A stretch of 64,000 bases of DNA from an uncultured Verrucomicrobiota bacterium. Its GTDB lineage: Bacteria; Verrucomicrobiota; Kiritimatiellia; CAIKKV01; CAITUY01. Location: the NCBI GenBank assembly GCA_964535015.1, contig CAZHRU010000003.1, positions 3,940-67,939 of the forward strand, written 5' to 3'. Below the pieces are notes generated by a model that had not been told where the DNA came from, did no database searches, and was given only the letters and a program-made list of their open reading frames with translations. Both the position numbers and the translations under genes were made by a program. This document shows positions 26,162 through 36,558 of the stretch, in pieces; the first letter of the stretch is position 1, and every line of letters begins with the position of its first letter.

Positions 26162-26830
26162 ATGAACTGCTTCTGTTGTGGGCAATCGGGGTGGGTGATC
26201 GGGTTTGGCGTGGTGGCGTACCTGGTGGGGGCGATTCCGTTCGGGTTGTTGATTTCGCGGGCGAAGGGTGTGGACATCCGCAAGGTGGGGAGCGGGAACA
26301 TTGGCGCCACGAATGTGTTCCGGGCCGTCAGCAAGCCGCTGGGGATCCTGACGTTTGTGGCAGACGCCCTGAAGGGGTGGGTGCCCGCCTGGGTGTTTCC
26401 GCTGGTGGTGGCGAGGGTCGTGGAGGCGGGGGTTCCCGGAGAACTCGGGTTGGCCTATGGGGCGTTGGCGATCATGGGGCATACCTGGCCGGTGTATCTC
26501 GGGTTCAAGGGGGGGAAGGGCGTGGCCACGAGCGCCGGGGCGCTGATCGGGATTGCTCCGGCGGCGACGGGAGTTGGACTACTCTGCTGGGTGTTGGTGT
26601 TTGCGGTGTCGCGCTATGTGTCCCTGGCATCCATGGTGGCGGCGGCAACGGTGGCGGTGGCCGCCTGGGTTATGTATCGCGGAGCGGGTTTGGGATTGCC
26701 GGTGGCGTTGACGGTGCTGTCGGCATTGATTGTCTGGCGTCACAAGGCGAATATCCGGCGTCTGTTGGATGGCACGGAGCACCGGTTTTCCAAGAAGAAA
26801 TCAGCGGCGGCGGATCCTGCGGCGCAGTGA
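26162..26830 (+). CDS. plsY: Glycerol-3-phosphate acyltransferase PlsY.
   Basis: Family segment GSGNIGATNVFRAVSKPLGILTFVADALKG. Multi-TM protein. Start 26144 or 26162. Confidence 0.85.
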   Translation: MNCFCCGQSGWVIGFGVVAYLVGAIPFGLLISRAKGVDIRKVGSGNIGATNVFRAVSKPLGILTFVADALKGWVPAWVFPLVVARVVEAGVPGELGLAYGALAIMGHTWPVYLGFKGGKGVATSAGALIGIAPAATGVGLLCWVLVFAVSRYVSLASMVAAATVAVAAWVMYRGAGLGLPVALTVLSALIVWRHKANIRRLLDGTEHRFSKKKSAAADPAAQ

Positions 26831-26837
26831 GGATACG

Positions 26838-27836
26838 ATGGCGACAGTGGCAATTCTTGGTGATGGCGGGTGGGGAACAGCGCTGGGGTTGACGCTGCAC
26901 CGTAATGGGCACCGTGTGTGCCTATGGGGCCCCTTTCCCGAGACGATCGCGGCGATCCGGGGGCGCGGTGAAAATGTTGATTATTTGCCGGGCGTTGCGT
27001 TGCCGCCGGAGTTGCGCTGGACGGCGGACCGTGCGGAGGCGGTGGCCGGGGCCGAGGTGGTGGTGCTGGCCAGTCCCACGAAATTCATGCGGACGGTACT
27101 GGGTTCGTTTGCCGGATTGATTCCCCCGTCGGCCTTGTTGGTAAGTGTGGCCAAGGGGTTGGATGCGGGCAGTCACCGGCGGATGACCGAGGTGGCGGAG
27201 GAGGTGCTTGGGATGGGGCCGGTGGCGGCGCTATCGGGGCCGAGTTTTGCGTCCGAGGTGGCGGTGGGGGCTCCCACGGCGGTGGTGATTGCCTGTCGCG
27301 ATCATAAGCGGGCGGTGCAGTTGCAGGCGGTGTTTAATGGTCGGCGTTTCCGTGTCTACACTTCCGACGACGTGGTGGGTGTGGAACTGGGCGGGTGCCT
27401 TAAGAATGTGATCGCCGTGGCGGCGGGGGTATGCGCGGGAATCGGGTTTGGCCATAATGCCCAGGCGGCATTGATCACGCGGGGGTTGGCGGAGATGACG
27501 CGGTTGGGGGTGGCGATGGGGGCGCATCCGGCGACGTTTGCGGGATTGAGCGGGATGGGGGATCTTGTATTGACCTGTACGAGCCGGTTGAGTCGCAATT
27601 ACACGGTGGGCGAGCGGATCGGGCGCGGGGAGGCATTGGCGGCGATTGTGGGAGGCATGAAGCAGGTGGCGGAGGGGATTACGAATGCGGCCACGGCGCG
27701 GGAGTTGGCGGAGATGAAGGGGGTCTCGGCGCCGATCATTGAGGAAGTCCATGCCATGGTGAGCGAGGGTAAGGATCCGCAGGCGGCGGTGGAGTCCCTG
27801 TTGGCGCGCGAGCCGCGTCCGGAGCGGGATGGGTGA
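26838..27836 (+). CDS. gpsA: NAD(P)H-dependent glycerol-3-phosphate dehydrogenase.
   Basis: N-terminal Rossmann motif MATVAILGDGGWGTALG. Family segment ...GVELGGCLKNVIAVAAG.... Adjacent to plsY, as is typical. Confidence 0.9.
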   Translation: MATVAILGDGGWGTALGLTLHRNGHRVCLWGPFPETIAAIRGRGENVDYLPGVALPPELRWTADRAEAVAGAEVVVLASPTKFMRTVLGSFAGLIPPSALLVSVAKGLDAGSHRRMTEVAEEVLGMGPVAALSGPSFASEVAVGAPTAVVIACRDHKRAVQLQAVFNGRRFRVYTSDDVVGVELGGCLKNVIAVAAGVCAGIGFGHNAQAALITRGLAEMTRLGVAMGAHPATFAGLSGMGDLVLTCTSRLSRNYTVGERIGRGEALAAIVGGMKQVAEGITNAATARELAEMKGVSAPIIEEVHAMVSEGKDPQAAVESLLAREPRPERDG

Positions 27837-27876
27837 GCAACTTTCGCTCAGCGGAATCCGACGACTGCCGAAAAGT

Positions 27877-27919
27877 GACACCCCTTAGCCAGAAGGGAGC
27901 AAGTCCGAACCGGCTAAGG
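27877..27919 (+). terminator. Stem-loop (11-bp stem CCCCTTAGCCA.../...GGCTAAGGGG) downstream of gpsA in the convergent intergenic region. Possible intrinsic terminator without a U-tract.
   Basis: Inverted repeat ccccttagccag-aagggagcaagtccgaa-ccggctaagggg. Confidence 0.4.
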
Positions 27920-28135
27920 GGTCATGGCTGGTGAGTTTGCCGGACGCTTCCCGCATCCACCCCCGTTGCTCTACTTATATGATCGCATATTCCTTGAAAA
28001 ACGGATGTCAGGAGTCCGTTAAATCATGCATAAGCCGGGACGGCGAATGCCGCCCCGTAATCCGATTTCAGGCCCAGGCTTCTTCAATGAGAAAAGAACA
28101 CCTTGATCCGGGCCAAGGATTGGGGACATCGCGCT

Positions 28136-29431
28136 TTATCCGGCGAACACGGCGCGGTGGCCATCCGGGCCGGCCTTTTCGGCGGCGCGGGTGATTTCCT
28201 CGCGGGCGATGGCGGCCCAGCGGTCAAAGCGTTCGGGGTGGTTCTCGCAGGTATGGGTGTCCTTCAGAATGAAGTCGAGTCGGCACCCGTTGTCCATGGC
28301 GGCTTCCAGTCCGGCGCGCAATTCCCCGCGGATGAGGGTTTCGTCGAACGATCCGACAAGGTGGGAGGGTTGGGGTTTCCAGCACATGACGAAGTTACCC
28401 TTCAGGCGTTCGGCACAGCGACGCAGGTCGGACCAGGGCGAAATGGAGATGCGGCGCATGCCGGGCAGTGCCGTGACGGCGTCAAGTTTGTGGGTCAGGT
28501 CCTCGCAGCAGCCGTAGCAGTTCAGCGGGAAGGGTTCGAGGAGTTTCCGTTCGTATGAGAGGGCGAACTCCGCGTGCTGCTCGGGGCTGACTTGGGCCAG
28601 TTCTTGCGCTTCGGCGAGTGCCCAGCGGTCGCGGGTACGGACGCGGGCGGGATCGAACCCGGCGGCGGGCAGGCCGTCGACATAGCCATGGGCGCCCTGA
28701 TTGATCGCGGGGCCATCATGGTTGCTGGCGAGGAGGTTTTGTTGCAGGGCCTGGGTGAGAACCTTCTGATGGCCCTCGGTCAGGAAGTGCATGGCCTCAT
28801 GAAGGAAACCGGGATTCTCGTACATATCCACCATCACTTGTTCAAGGCCGCGAAGTTGGGTCCATTCTCCCATCAGGTGATAGTAGGGTTTGATGCCGCC
28901 GGTGAGTTTCACGGGGAGCAGGTCGCCGACGAGATCCCGTGTTCGGGCCAAGGCGGCCTCAGTGGCGGTTTCGTCGTAGGTGATCTCGGGGTGGTGCATC
29001 GTCTTGAGGTTTGCGGGTTCCTTGACCACCGGGTCAAAAGCCCATGCTCCTTGGGCCTGGGTGCTGTCGGTGTGTTGGGCTTTCAGGCCCCACCCGGTGG
29101 AGTGGATTCGTTTGGCAACCCTGATGTAGCCATCGGCGACGGCGTCGTCGCGCCAGTGCTGGTGTCCATAGAGGGTGGCGCGCAGGTCCAATTCCAGCCA
29201 GCGGTCGGGGCCATAGGTGCATTGGAGGGAGGCGTTGGGCAGGATTTCGCGCCAGGATCCTTCGGGGATGATCCGGAAGATCGGGCGGCAGGGCCGCAGG
29301 CTGTTATGGTCACGCCACAAGCGACGGCGTTCCTCCTGGATTGGCAGGTTGGCGATGTCGCGAAGTTGACGGCACAGGTCGCGGATGACGGTGCGGTCTT
29401 CCGGGCGGATGGCTGGAATGGGTGTACTCAT
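28136..29431 (-). CDS. Hypothetical protein, URO-D (uroporphyrinogen decarboxylase / MtaA-CmuA methyltransferase)-like fold suspected.
   Basis: Start MSTPIPAIRPEDR at 29431. Weak family-like segments (…EQVMVDMYENPGFLHEAMHFLTEGH…, …YGCCEDLTHKLDAVTALPGMRRISISPW…). No decisive motif. Confidence 0.45.
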   Translation of the reverse strand: MSTPIPAIRPEDRTVIRDLCRQLRDIANLPIQEERRRLWRDHNSLRPCRPIFRIIPEGSWREILPNASLQCTYGPDRWLELDLRATLYGHQHWRDDAVADGYIRVAKRIHSTGWGLKAQHTDSTQAQGAWAFDPVVKEPANLKTMHHPEITYDETATEAALARTRDLVGDLLPVKLTGGIKPYYHLMGEWTQLRGLEQVMVDMYENPGFLHEAMHFLTEGHQKVLTQALQQNLLASNHDGPAINQGAHGYVDGLPAAGFDPARVRTRDRWALAEAQELAQVSPEQHAEFALSYERKLLEPFPLNCYGCCEDLTHKLDAVTALPGMRRISISPWSDLRRCAERLKGNFVMCWKPQPSHLVGSFDETLIRGELRAGLEAAMDNGCRLDFILKDTHTCENHPERFDRWAAIAREEITRAAEKAGPDGHRAVFAG

Positions 29432-29571
29432 GGCGGGTGAGTGCGCCGAAAAGGCGGTGGTTATTCCAGCAGATTTCCCAAATTCGGAGTTTGTTCCTCT
29501 CATTGAAGTGCACCCGGTTGCATGGTAGTGTTCGCATTCAATGGGGCTTCACAACAAGGCGATGGTGCACA

Positions 29572-32550
29572 ATGAATAGAATAGATGGACTTGCGTCGGC
29601 GGGAAGCGAAACGCCGCTGGAGGGATTGAGCAAGAGTTACGCACTATTGAAACTGGCGGTGGGAGCCCCGGATCGTTTTGTGACATGGGACGCGATTGTA
29701 TTGACGGCGTCGAGCGAGGAGCAGGCGCGGTTGTACCGGCGGCATCTGGAGGAAGTGCGTGTCCGTGGATTGATCGCGGCGGCGACGCGGACGGTGGTGG
29801 TGGCGGATCCGGGCGGGATGCGGATCGGGAGCGGCGGGGCGACGCTGCATGCGTTGCGGGTGCTGGCGCAGGAGTACTCGGCAGAGGCGGTGGGCGGGTG
29901 GCGGGTGCTTTTGGTGCATGCGGGCGGGGATAGCCGGCGAGTGCCGTGGGCGAACGTGTTCGGGAAGTGTTTCATTCCGTTTCCTCTGTTGGCGGATCCC
30001 GACCAGGCGGTGCCGACGCTATTTGATCACCAGTTGGCGGTGGCGGCGCCGTTAGCGGGACGGATGCCGGGTGCGGGATTGGTGTCGCTGGCGGGGGATG
30101 TATTGCCGTTGCTGAACACGAGCCGGGTGGGGTTGGTGGCGGATGGTGCGGTGGTAGTGACGGCGGCGGAATCGCTGGATGTGGCGGGGCGGCACGGGGT
30201 GATCGTGGCGGACGGGGATGGGCGGGTGGTGGATCTTCTGCAGAAGGCGGACCCGGAGACGTTGGCGGCGCGGGGTGCGCTGGTGGGTGGGGGGGCGGCC
30301 TTGCTGGACACGGGGATCTACGCGTTCTGCGGGGAGGTGTACCGGCGGTTGGTGGGGTTGGCAGGCGAGACGCCGGACCCGGTCGTGGAATTGGTGGCGT
30401 CGCGGCGGGAGTGCAGTCTTTACGAGGAGATCGCGTCGGCACTGGTGGCGTCGCGTCGCGAGTGGGTGCAGGGGCGGCCACTGGGGCCCCGGTTGGTTGG
30501 TGCGTTGGGTGAGGGGGTGTTGTGGAACCGGACGGTGCCGGAGTTATATTTTGTCCACTTGGGGACGACGGCGGAGATTCTGAATCACTTTTCGTTGAAT
30601 TGGGAGGGGCGGATCGGGCGGGTGGTTTCGGCGGATGTGGCAGGGGCGTTGGGGTCAGCGGCCGTAGTCTGTGCGACGACGGCGGGGCGCGAGACGACGG
30701 TGGGGGACAACAGTTTTCTTTACGGTTGCCGGCTGACGGGGGAGACGGCGGTCGGGAGTCGGTGTGTGGTCATGGGGGTTCATAGCCGGGGGTTGCTGCG
30801 GGTTCCGCCGAATCTTTGCGTATGGCAGTTGCCGTTGCGGCGGCGGGGGAAAGGGGCGCGCCGGTTTGCGTCGGTCTGTTGCGGGGTGGATGACTGTCCG
30901 AAGGACGAGTGGACGGCGGGGACATTTTGTAACCGCGAGTTTGCCGGCTGGATGCGGTCGCACGGGGTGGAGGCGGATGAGTTGTGGGGGGCGGGGGTGG
31001 CGCGGACGTTGTGGCACGCGCGGTTGTTTGCGCGGGTGGGTGCGGACGACGGGTTGGTTGTGTTGGGGTGGTTGTGGGGTGATGGGACGAAGGGTGGCGA
31101 GGGGGCGGCGTTATGGCGGGGGGCGGAACGGTTGAGTCTGGCCGAGTTGCATGCGGAGGTGGATTTCGGGGAGGTGGCGGAACGGTTGGCTCGGGTGCAG
31201 GATGGATTGATTTTGGACATTATGGAAAGGACAGTCCGGCACGGGATGAACCGGAATGTGCGGGCGTTGATGGGGCAGGCGTCGCCTGCGGTGCGACGCA
31301 CGAAGGCGTGGCGTGGTGTGGTCTCGGCGGCGGAGGGATGCGTCGAAGGCGGGGGGAGCCGGTCGTTGCAGGTTGCGGCAGATTTGTTTTTGGCGGATGG
31401 CAGGGCGGATGAGGCAGCGGCGGCGGAGCGCAAGGCGTTTGAGGCGATTGGGCGGGAGGTCGGGCGGTATGTGAAGTCGTACGAGGCGGTCAGGGTGTCG
31501 GACCTGGTGCCCGGGACGGTGGAGGAGACGTGTTTGCCGGTGCGGTTCGATTTGGCGGGAGGGTGGAGCGATACGCCGCCGTATTGTCTGGAGAATCCGG
31601 CGCGGGTTTTGAATATGGCCGTGGAGTTCGGGGGGCGTCGTCCGGTCATGGCGCGGGTGACGGCGTTGGCGGAGCGGGAATGGCGTTTTTACCAGGAGGA
31701 TACGGGTTTGGTCGAGGTGGTGCGGCCGGGGGAAGGGACGGGGGTGACCAGTTCGCTATCGGATCCGTTTGTGTTGTTGAAAGCGGCCTTGCAGTTGACG
31801 GGGTATGGGGCGGGACGGGGGATTCATCAGGGGGTGGAGGTGCGGACGCACACGGGAGTCCCGAAAGGGAGTGGGTTGGGTACGAGTTCAATCCTGGGTG
31901 CGGCGCTGGTGAGTGCGTTGCAGAAGTTGGCAGGCCGCAGGTGTGATGCGGAACCTGTGAGTGAACTGGTGTTGGTGCTGGAGCAGCGGATCACGACTGG
32001 CGGCGGGTGGCAGGATCAGGTTGGCGGATTGATGCCGGGCGTGAAGTGCATCACGTCGGCGCCGGTGCAGCCGATGCGGCTGGTGATCGAGCCGGTGCCG
32101 TTGTTACGGGAGACGGCGGTGGAGTTGGAGTCGCGTCTGGTGATCGCGTACACGGGATTGGACCGGTTGGCGAAGAACGTATTGCAGATCGTGGTGGGGC
32201 GGTATTTGAGGCGGGAGCGACGGGCGTTGAATGCGGTCCGGCGGTTGGTGGAGTTGGCGGATGAGGGGCGTGAGGCGCTGGTGCTGGGGCGGTTGGATGA
32301 CGTGGGGCGGGTGATGGAGGAAGTGTGGCGGGTACACCAGGAGTTGGATCCGCACTGCAGCAATGCGGGCGTGGACGCGATGTTCGACAAGGTTGCGGAT
32401 CTGGCGTCGGGCTGGAAGTTGGCCGGTGCGGGTGGAGGCGGGTTCATGGGGGTGTTGGGCAAGGACCCGGAGGCGGCGGAGCGGATCCGGCGGACCCTGG
32501 CGGGGTTGGGCGCCGGCGTCAAGGTGTATGATTGGCGGCTGGCCACCTGA
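29572..32550 (+). CDS. Bifunctional L-fucokinase / fucose-1-phosphate guanylyltransferase-like protein (FKP-like): N-terminal nucleotidyltransferase-type domain plus C-terminal GHMP kinase.
   Basis: N-terminal segment GSGGATLHAL...LLVHAGGDSRR. C-terminal GHMP motif THTGVPKGSGLGTSSILGAALVSAL. ~990 aa as for Bacteroides FKP. Start MNRIDGL at 29572. Confidence 0.65.
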   Translation: MNRIDGLASAGSETPLEGLSKSYALLKLAVGAPDRFVTWDAIVLTASSEEQARLYRRHLEEVRVRGLIAAATRTVVVADPGGMRIGSGGATLHALRVLAQEYSAEAVGGWRVLLVHAGGDSRRVPWANVFGKCFIPFPLLADPDQAVPTLFDHQLAVAAPLAGRMPGAGLVSLAGDVLPLLNTSRVGLVADGAVVVTAAESLDVAGRHGVIVADGDGRVVDLLQKADPETLAARGALVGGGAALLDTGIYAFCGEVYRRLVGLAGETPDPVVELVASRRECSLYEEIASALVASRREWVQGRPLGPRLVGALGEGVLWNRTVPELYFVHLGTTAEILNHFSLNWEGRIGRVVSADVAGALGSAAVVCATTAGRETTVGDNSFLYGCRLTGETAVGSRCVVMGVHSRGLLRVPPNLCVWQLPLRRRGKGARRFASVCCGVDDCPKDEWTAGTFCNREFAGWMRSHGVEADELWGAGVARTLWHARLFARVGADDGLVVLGWLWGDGTKGGEGAALWRGAERLSLAELHAEVDFGEVAERLARVQDGLILDIMERTVRHGMNRNVRALMGQASPAVRRTKAWRGVVSAAEGCVEGGGSRSLQVAADLFLADGRADEAAAAERKAFEAIGREVGRYVKSYEAVRVSDLVPGTVEETCLPVRFDLAGGWSDTPPYCLENPARVLNMAVEFGGRRPVMARVTALAEREWRFYQEDTGLVEVVRPGEGTGVTSSLSDPFVLLKAALQLTGYGAGRGIHQGVEVRTHTGVPKGSGLGTSSILGAALVSALQKLAGRRCDAEPVSELVLVLEQRITTGGGWQDQVGGLMPGVKCITSAPVQPMRLVIEPVPLLRETAVELESRLVIAYTGLDRLAKNVLQIVVGRYLRRERRALNAVRRLVELADEGREALVLGRLDDVGRVMEEVWRVHQELDPHCSNAGVDAMFDKVADLASGWKLAGAGGGGFMGVLGKDPEAAERIRRTLAGLGAGVKVYDWRLAT

Positions 32551-32612
32551 ATCACGCATTCTGGTTTCGATGATCGTTGACTCCGGCCTCTGTTCGGGTA
32601 TCCTTTTCCGTC

Positions 32613-33890
32613 ATGAATATTCTTGTTGTGGGCGGAGGGGGTCGCGAACATACCCTCGTGTGGAAACTGGTGAATGACAGCCGCCGGCCGAAGGTGTTTT
32701 GCGCGCCCGGTAATGCCGGCACGGCGGAACTTGCCACGAATCTGGATATCGGCGCCGAGGATATTCCGGCGCTCATGAGCTGGGCCCGGGAGCACCGGCC
32801 CGACCTGACGGTGGTGGGCCCCGAAGCGCCGTTGTGCGCGGGATTGGTGGACCTTCTGGAAAAGGAAGGATTGAAGGCCTTTGGTCCGTCACGGGCCGCG
32901 GCCCAGATCGAGGGTAGCAAGGTCTTTGCCAAGGACATCATGGTGGCTGCCGGGGTGCCGACAGCGAAGGCGAGTTTCTTTACCGATGCCGCGCTGGCGC
33001 TGGACTTCGTTCGTTCCATTGGTGCGCCGCTGGTGATCAAGGCCGAGGGGTTGGCGGCGGGTAAAGGGGTGACGGTCTGCGCCACGGTGGAGGAGGCCGA
33101 ACGTGCGGTACGGGAGTCGCTTGTGGATGGCGCCTTTGGCGAAGCCGGCAAGCGGATTCTGGTGGAGGAGTTCCTGGAAGGGGAGGAGGCGTCCATTCTG
33201 GCGCTGACCGACGGGAAGCGGGTGGTGTTGCTGGCCACGGCACAGGATCACAAGCGGGTTTTCGATAACGATCAGGGGCCCAATACGGGAGGCATGGGCG
33301 CCTATTCGCCGGCGCCGGTGGTTACGGCGGAGATGTTCCCCGCCATCGAGCGCGACGTGTTCGGACCGACGCTGGCGGAACTTGAGTTGCGCGGCATTCA
33401 CTACAAGGGCGTGCTCTATGCGGGACTGATGATGACCAAGAAGGGGCCCAAGGTTCTGGAGTTCAACTGCCGGTTCGGCGATCCCGAGACGCAGGTGATT
33501 ATTCCGCGCCTTGCCGGCGACCTGATACCCGCGCTGGAGGCGTGCATTGATGGGACCCTGCGGCCGGAACTGGTGACCTGGCGGGCGGAGTCCTGCGTGT
33601 GTGTGGTGATGGCGGCGGGTGGATACCCGGGGACCTACCGGAAGGGCGACGAAATCCGGGGCCTCAAGGAGGCGGCGAAGGTCAAGCAGGCCGTGGTATT
33701 CCATGCGGGAACGGCGTTGAGCAAGGGGCGCGTGGTGACGGCCGGCGGGCGGGTGCTGGGGGTGACGGCGCTGGGCAGCGGGTTGAAGGAGGCGGTGGAC
33801 CAAGCCTATGAGGCGGTGACCCGGATTGATTTCGACGGGGCCATCTACCGCACGGATATTGCGGCGAAGGCGTTCGGAAGGAAACAGTAA
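32613..33890 (+). CDS. purD: Phosphoribosylamine--glycine ligase.
   Basis: N-terminal motif MNILVVGGGGREHTLVWKL. ATP-grasp core. Family segment ...GGMGAYSPAP.... Confidence 0.9.
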   Translation: MNILVVGGGGREHTLVWKLVNDSRRPKVFCAPGNAGTAELATNLDIGAEDIPALMSWAREHRPDLTVVGPEAPLCAGLVDLLEKEGLKAFGPSRAAAQIEGSKVFAKDIMVAAGVPTAKASFFTDAALALDFVRSIGAPLVIKAEGLAAGKGVTVCATVEEAERAVRESLVDGAFGEAGKRILVEEFLEGEEASILALTDGKRVVLLATAQDHKRVFDNDQGPNTGGMGAYSPAPVVTAEMFPAIERDVFGPTLAELELRGIHYKGVLYAGLMMTKKGPKVLEFNCRFGDPETQVIIPRLAGDLIPALEACIDGTLRPELVTWRAESCVCVVMAAGGYPGTYRKGDEIRGLKEAAKVKQAVVFHAGTALSKGRVVTAGGRVLGVTALGSGLKEAVDQAYEAVTRIDFDGAIYRTDIAAKAFGRKQ

Positions 33891-33918
33891 AGGGATTAAC
33901 CTTTAGAGAAAGGGACTT

Positions 33919-34434
33919 ATGAGTACAGCAGAAGTGGCGTTGGTGATGGGGAGTGATTCGGATTGGCCACTATTGGAGGACGCCGTCGGTGTTCTGGCCA
34001 AGTTTGAGGTGGAGAGTGAAGTACGCGTCATGTCGGCGCACCGGACGCCTGATTTGGCGGCGACGTTTTCCAAGCAGGCGGCGGGGCGCGGGCTTAAGGT
34101 AATCATTGCCGCGGCGGGCGGGGCGGCGCATCTGGCGGGCGTCATCGCGGCGCATACGACCCTTCCGGTTATCGGGATTCCGGTGGCCAGCAATCTCATG
34201 GGAGGCATGGATTCGCTGTTGTCCACGGTGCAGATGCCGGCGGGGATTCCCGTGGCGACGGTGGCGGTGGGGAAGAGCGGGGCCACGAATGCGGCGCTAC
34301 TGGCTGTTCAGATTCTGGCGCTGGGAAACCCGGCGTTGACGCGCAAGTTGGTTCAATACAAGAAGTCACTCGGGGAGAAAGTAAAGGCCGGCAACGCGCG
34401 GATCCAGATTGAGGCGGCGAAGAAGAAGGGGTGA
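33919..34434 (+). CDS. purE: N5-carboxyaminoimidazole ribonucleotide mutase.
   Basis: Family segment [18 protein letters not shown]...VMSAHRTPD...[23 protein letters not shown]. Confidence 0.9.
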   Translation: MSTAEVALVMGSDSDWPLLEDAVGVLAKFEVESEVRVMSAHRTPDLAATFSKQAAGRGLKVIIAAAGGAAHLAGVIAAHTTLPVIGIPVASNLMGGMDSLLSTVQMPAGIPVATVAVGKSGATNAALLAVQILALGNPALTRKLVQYKKSLGEKVKAGNARIQIEAAKKKG

Positions 34435-34529
34435 GGGCTGGGGGTGTGAGTTGTGAATGGTGAATCGTGACAAGAATCCGGAGTTCAGAATCCAGAACGG
34501 ATAGTGAGACCATCCGTGCCGTCGGACGT

Positions 34530-35495
34530 GTGACGCGGGCGCGGGTGTTCGTTCTCGGGTTGTCCCTGCTGGTGTCCGCTTCGTATGCGCGGGCGGCCTT
34601 GAGTATCGGGGAGATGATACAGTTTCTGGAGGATCGCGGGTTGCCGGGCGTGTCGACCACGGCGGTGGAAAGTGCGATTACCGGGTTGATCCGATCGATA
34701 GATTCCGAGGCCAGGATCTGCACACCGGAGGAGGCCGCGTCTATCCGCACCGAATGGACCGGCGTGGGGCAGAGCGGGGCAACCAACGGCGGGTGGTCAG
34801 GGTCGGTGGACATGTTCGAGTCCTGGCCGGAGGGTCTTGCCTATCTGAAGATCAAGGGGCTTTACCGCGGTGGTGGAGTGGAGATCATGGGGCACTTGCG
34901 GACATTGTCGAAGAGGGCGGGGGTGATCATGGATCTCCGGGGGACCGACGGGGCCGACTTGGATGCCGTGGTGGCGTTGGCGAGTCCGTTCTATTGTTCC
35001 GGGGATGTGCTTTTCCGTGTGGAGACCCGGGCGGGGGCGCCGGTGGAAACCCGTGTGGCCGGCGAGGGGACCGCGTTGAAGACGCCGTTGCTGGTGTTGA
35101 TTGATCATGACACGCGTTGTGCGGCGGAAACCCTGGTGGCGTTATGGAACGGCAAACCGGGTGTCATGTTGATTGGCGAGTCCACGCGGGGGGATACCGG
35201 GGTGCGTGATCTGTTGCCGTTGCCGGATGGGCGTTTCCTGTATATGGCCACGAAAAGGCTGGTTCCGGTGGCGACGGCGTATGGGGCGAAGGGGGTGTGT
35301 CCCGACGTGGCGGTGGATACGAAGGGCGGGAGTGTAACACCCCTGGTGCATGCGCCCGGCCACGGCCGCCCGCTCAGTGCGAAGTCGCTGGAAGACCGGG
35401 ACTTGATGATGCGGGTGGATTCCGATCCGGTGTTGAGGCGGGGAACCGACATTCTCCTGGCGTTGCGGGCAATTGACAACCATGGCAATCCCTGA
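34530..35495 (+). CDS. S41-family peptidase (C-terminal processing peptidase-like), secreted. Start uncertain (GTG 34467 / 34530).
   Basis: Signal peptide RARVFVLGLSLLVSASYA. S41 core segments GVIMDLRGTDGADLD and PLLVLIDHDTRCAAETLVALWN...LIGESTRGDTG. Confidence 0.6.
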   Translation: MTRARVFVLGLSLLVSASYARAALSIGEMIQFLEDRGLPGVSTTAVESAITGLIRSIDSEARICTPEEAASIRTEWTGVGQSGATNGGWSGSVDMFESWPEGLAYLKIKGLYRGGGVEIMGHLRTLSKRAGVIMDLRGTDGADLDAVVALASPFYCSGDVLFRVETRAGAPVETRVAGEGTALKTPLLVLIDHDTRCAAETLVALWNGKPGVMLIGESTRGDTGVRDLLPLPDGRFLYMATKRLVPVATAYGAKGVCPDVAVDTKGGSVTPLVHAPGHGRPLSAKSLEDRDLMMRVDSDPVLRRGTDILLALRAIDNHGNP

Positions 35496-36543
35496 CTCCA
35501 TCATTATTCCCGTGGATGCCAGGCGGCCCGACCCCGCGGCGGTTCGGCGTGCCGTCAAGGTGTTGCGAGCCGGGGGGCTCGTGATTGTTCCGACGGAGAC
35601 GGTGTACGGGTTGGCGGCGGACCCCGGGGTGGACGGGGCGGAGGATCGTATCTACGAGGCCAAGGCGCGGGATCGGGGGAAGCCGATTCCCCTACTGGCG
35701 ACCAGCCAGGAGGCGGTGGCGCGATGGGGGGGCACATTGTCGTGTGCGGCGCGGCGGTTGGCGCGGCGATACTGGCCGGGGCCCCTGACCCTGGTGTTGC
35801 CCTGTGGCGACCGGGCGGAGGGTTTCAGGGTGCCGGACCATGCGGTGACTCAGGCGTTGCTCAAGGCGGCGGGAGGGGTATTGCGGGTGACCAGTGCCAA
35901 CGTGAGTGGAGATCCGGCGGCGAGGAATGCCCAGGAGGCGCTGGCGGCACTGGGTGACCGCGTGGGACTGGTGTTGGACGCCGGGCCGGCGGCGCTGGGC
36001 CGGGAGAGTACGGTGGTGGATGCCACCGGCGAGGTTGTGAAGGTCCTGCGTGAGGGGGCGATTCCGTCGGGCCGGATTCTGGCCAGGCCCCTGGTTTTGT
36101 TTGTTTGCACCGGCAATATCTGCCGGAGTCCGATGGCCGAGTATCTCCTGCGCCGGTGGCTGGGGCCGGAGAGTTCCTGGGAGGTGGGTTCCGCCGGCGT
36201 TTCGACGGCGGATGGGTTGGAGGCCAGCGAGGCGGCGGTAATGGCGATGGAGGACGCGGGGCTGGATGCGTCGGGGCACCGGAGCCGGCGCCTGACCCCG
36301 GCGCTGGTTGACGCCGCCGACCTGGTTGTGGTAATGACCGATGCGCACCGTCGGATCGTCCTCGGTCAGTTTCCCGGAGCCCGCCACAAGGTGGTCCTGT
36401 TGAATGCATTCAACAGTGTCCGGCGGAACGAGGATGTGGAGGATCCCATCGGGATGTCGCTCGATGTCTACCGGCAGACGCGGGATGAGATGAATGCGGC
36501 CATGCCGGATCTGGTGTTGCATTTGCACGAATTGCTTCAATAA
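35473..36543 (+). CDS. Fusion protein: L-threonylcarbamoyladenylate synthase (TsaC/YrdC/Sua5 domain) plus low-molecular-weight protein tyrosine/arginine phosphatase (LMW-PTP).
   Basis: YrdC segment LVIVPTETVYGLAADP...LTLVLPCGD...RVTSANVSGDP. P-loop LFVCTGNICRSPMAEY, with DP catalytic Asp later. Single ORF, no stop between domains. Confidence 0.8.
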   Translation: MTTMAIPDSIIIPVDARRPDPAAVRRAVKVLRAGGLVIVPTETVYGLAADPGVDGAEDRIYEAKARDRGKPIPLLATSQEAVARWGGTLSCAARRLARRYWPGPLTLVLPCGDRAEGFRVPDHAVTQALLKAAGGVLRVTSANVSGDPAARNAQEALAALGDRVGLVLDAGPAALGRESTVVDATGEVVKVLREGAIPSGRILARPLVLFVCTGNICRSPMAEYLLRRWLGPESSWEVGSAGVSTADGLEASEAAVMAMEDAGLDASGHRSRRLTPALVDAADLVVVMTDAHRRIVLGQFPGARHKVVLLNAFNSVRRNEDVEDPIGMSLDVYRQTRDEMNAAMPDLVLHLHELLQ

Positions 36544-36558
36544 CTCGCAAGGAAGAAC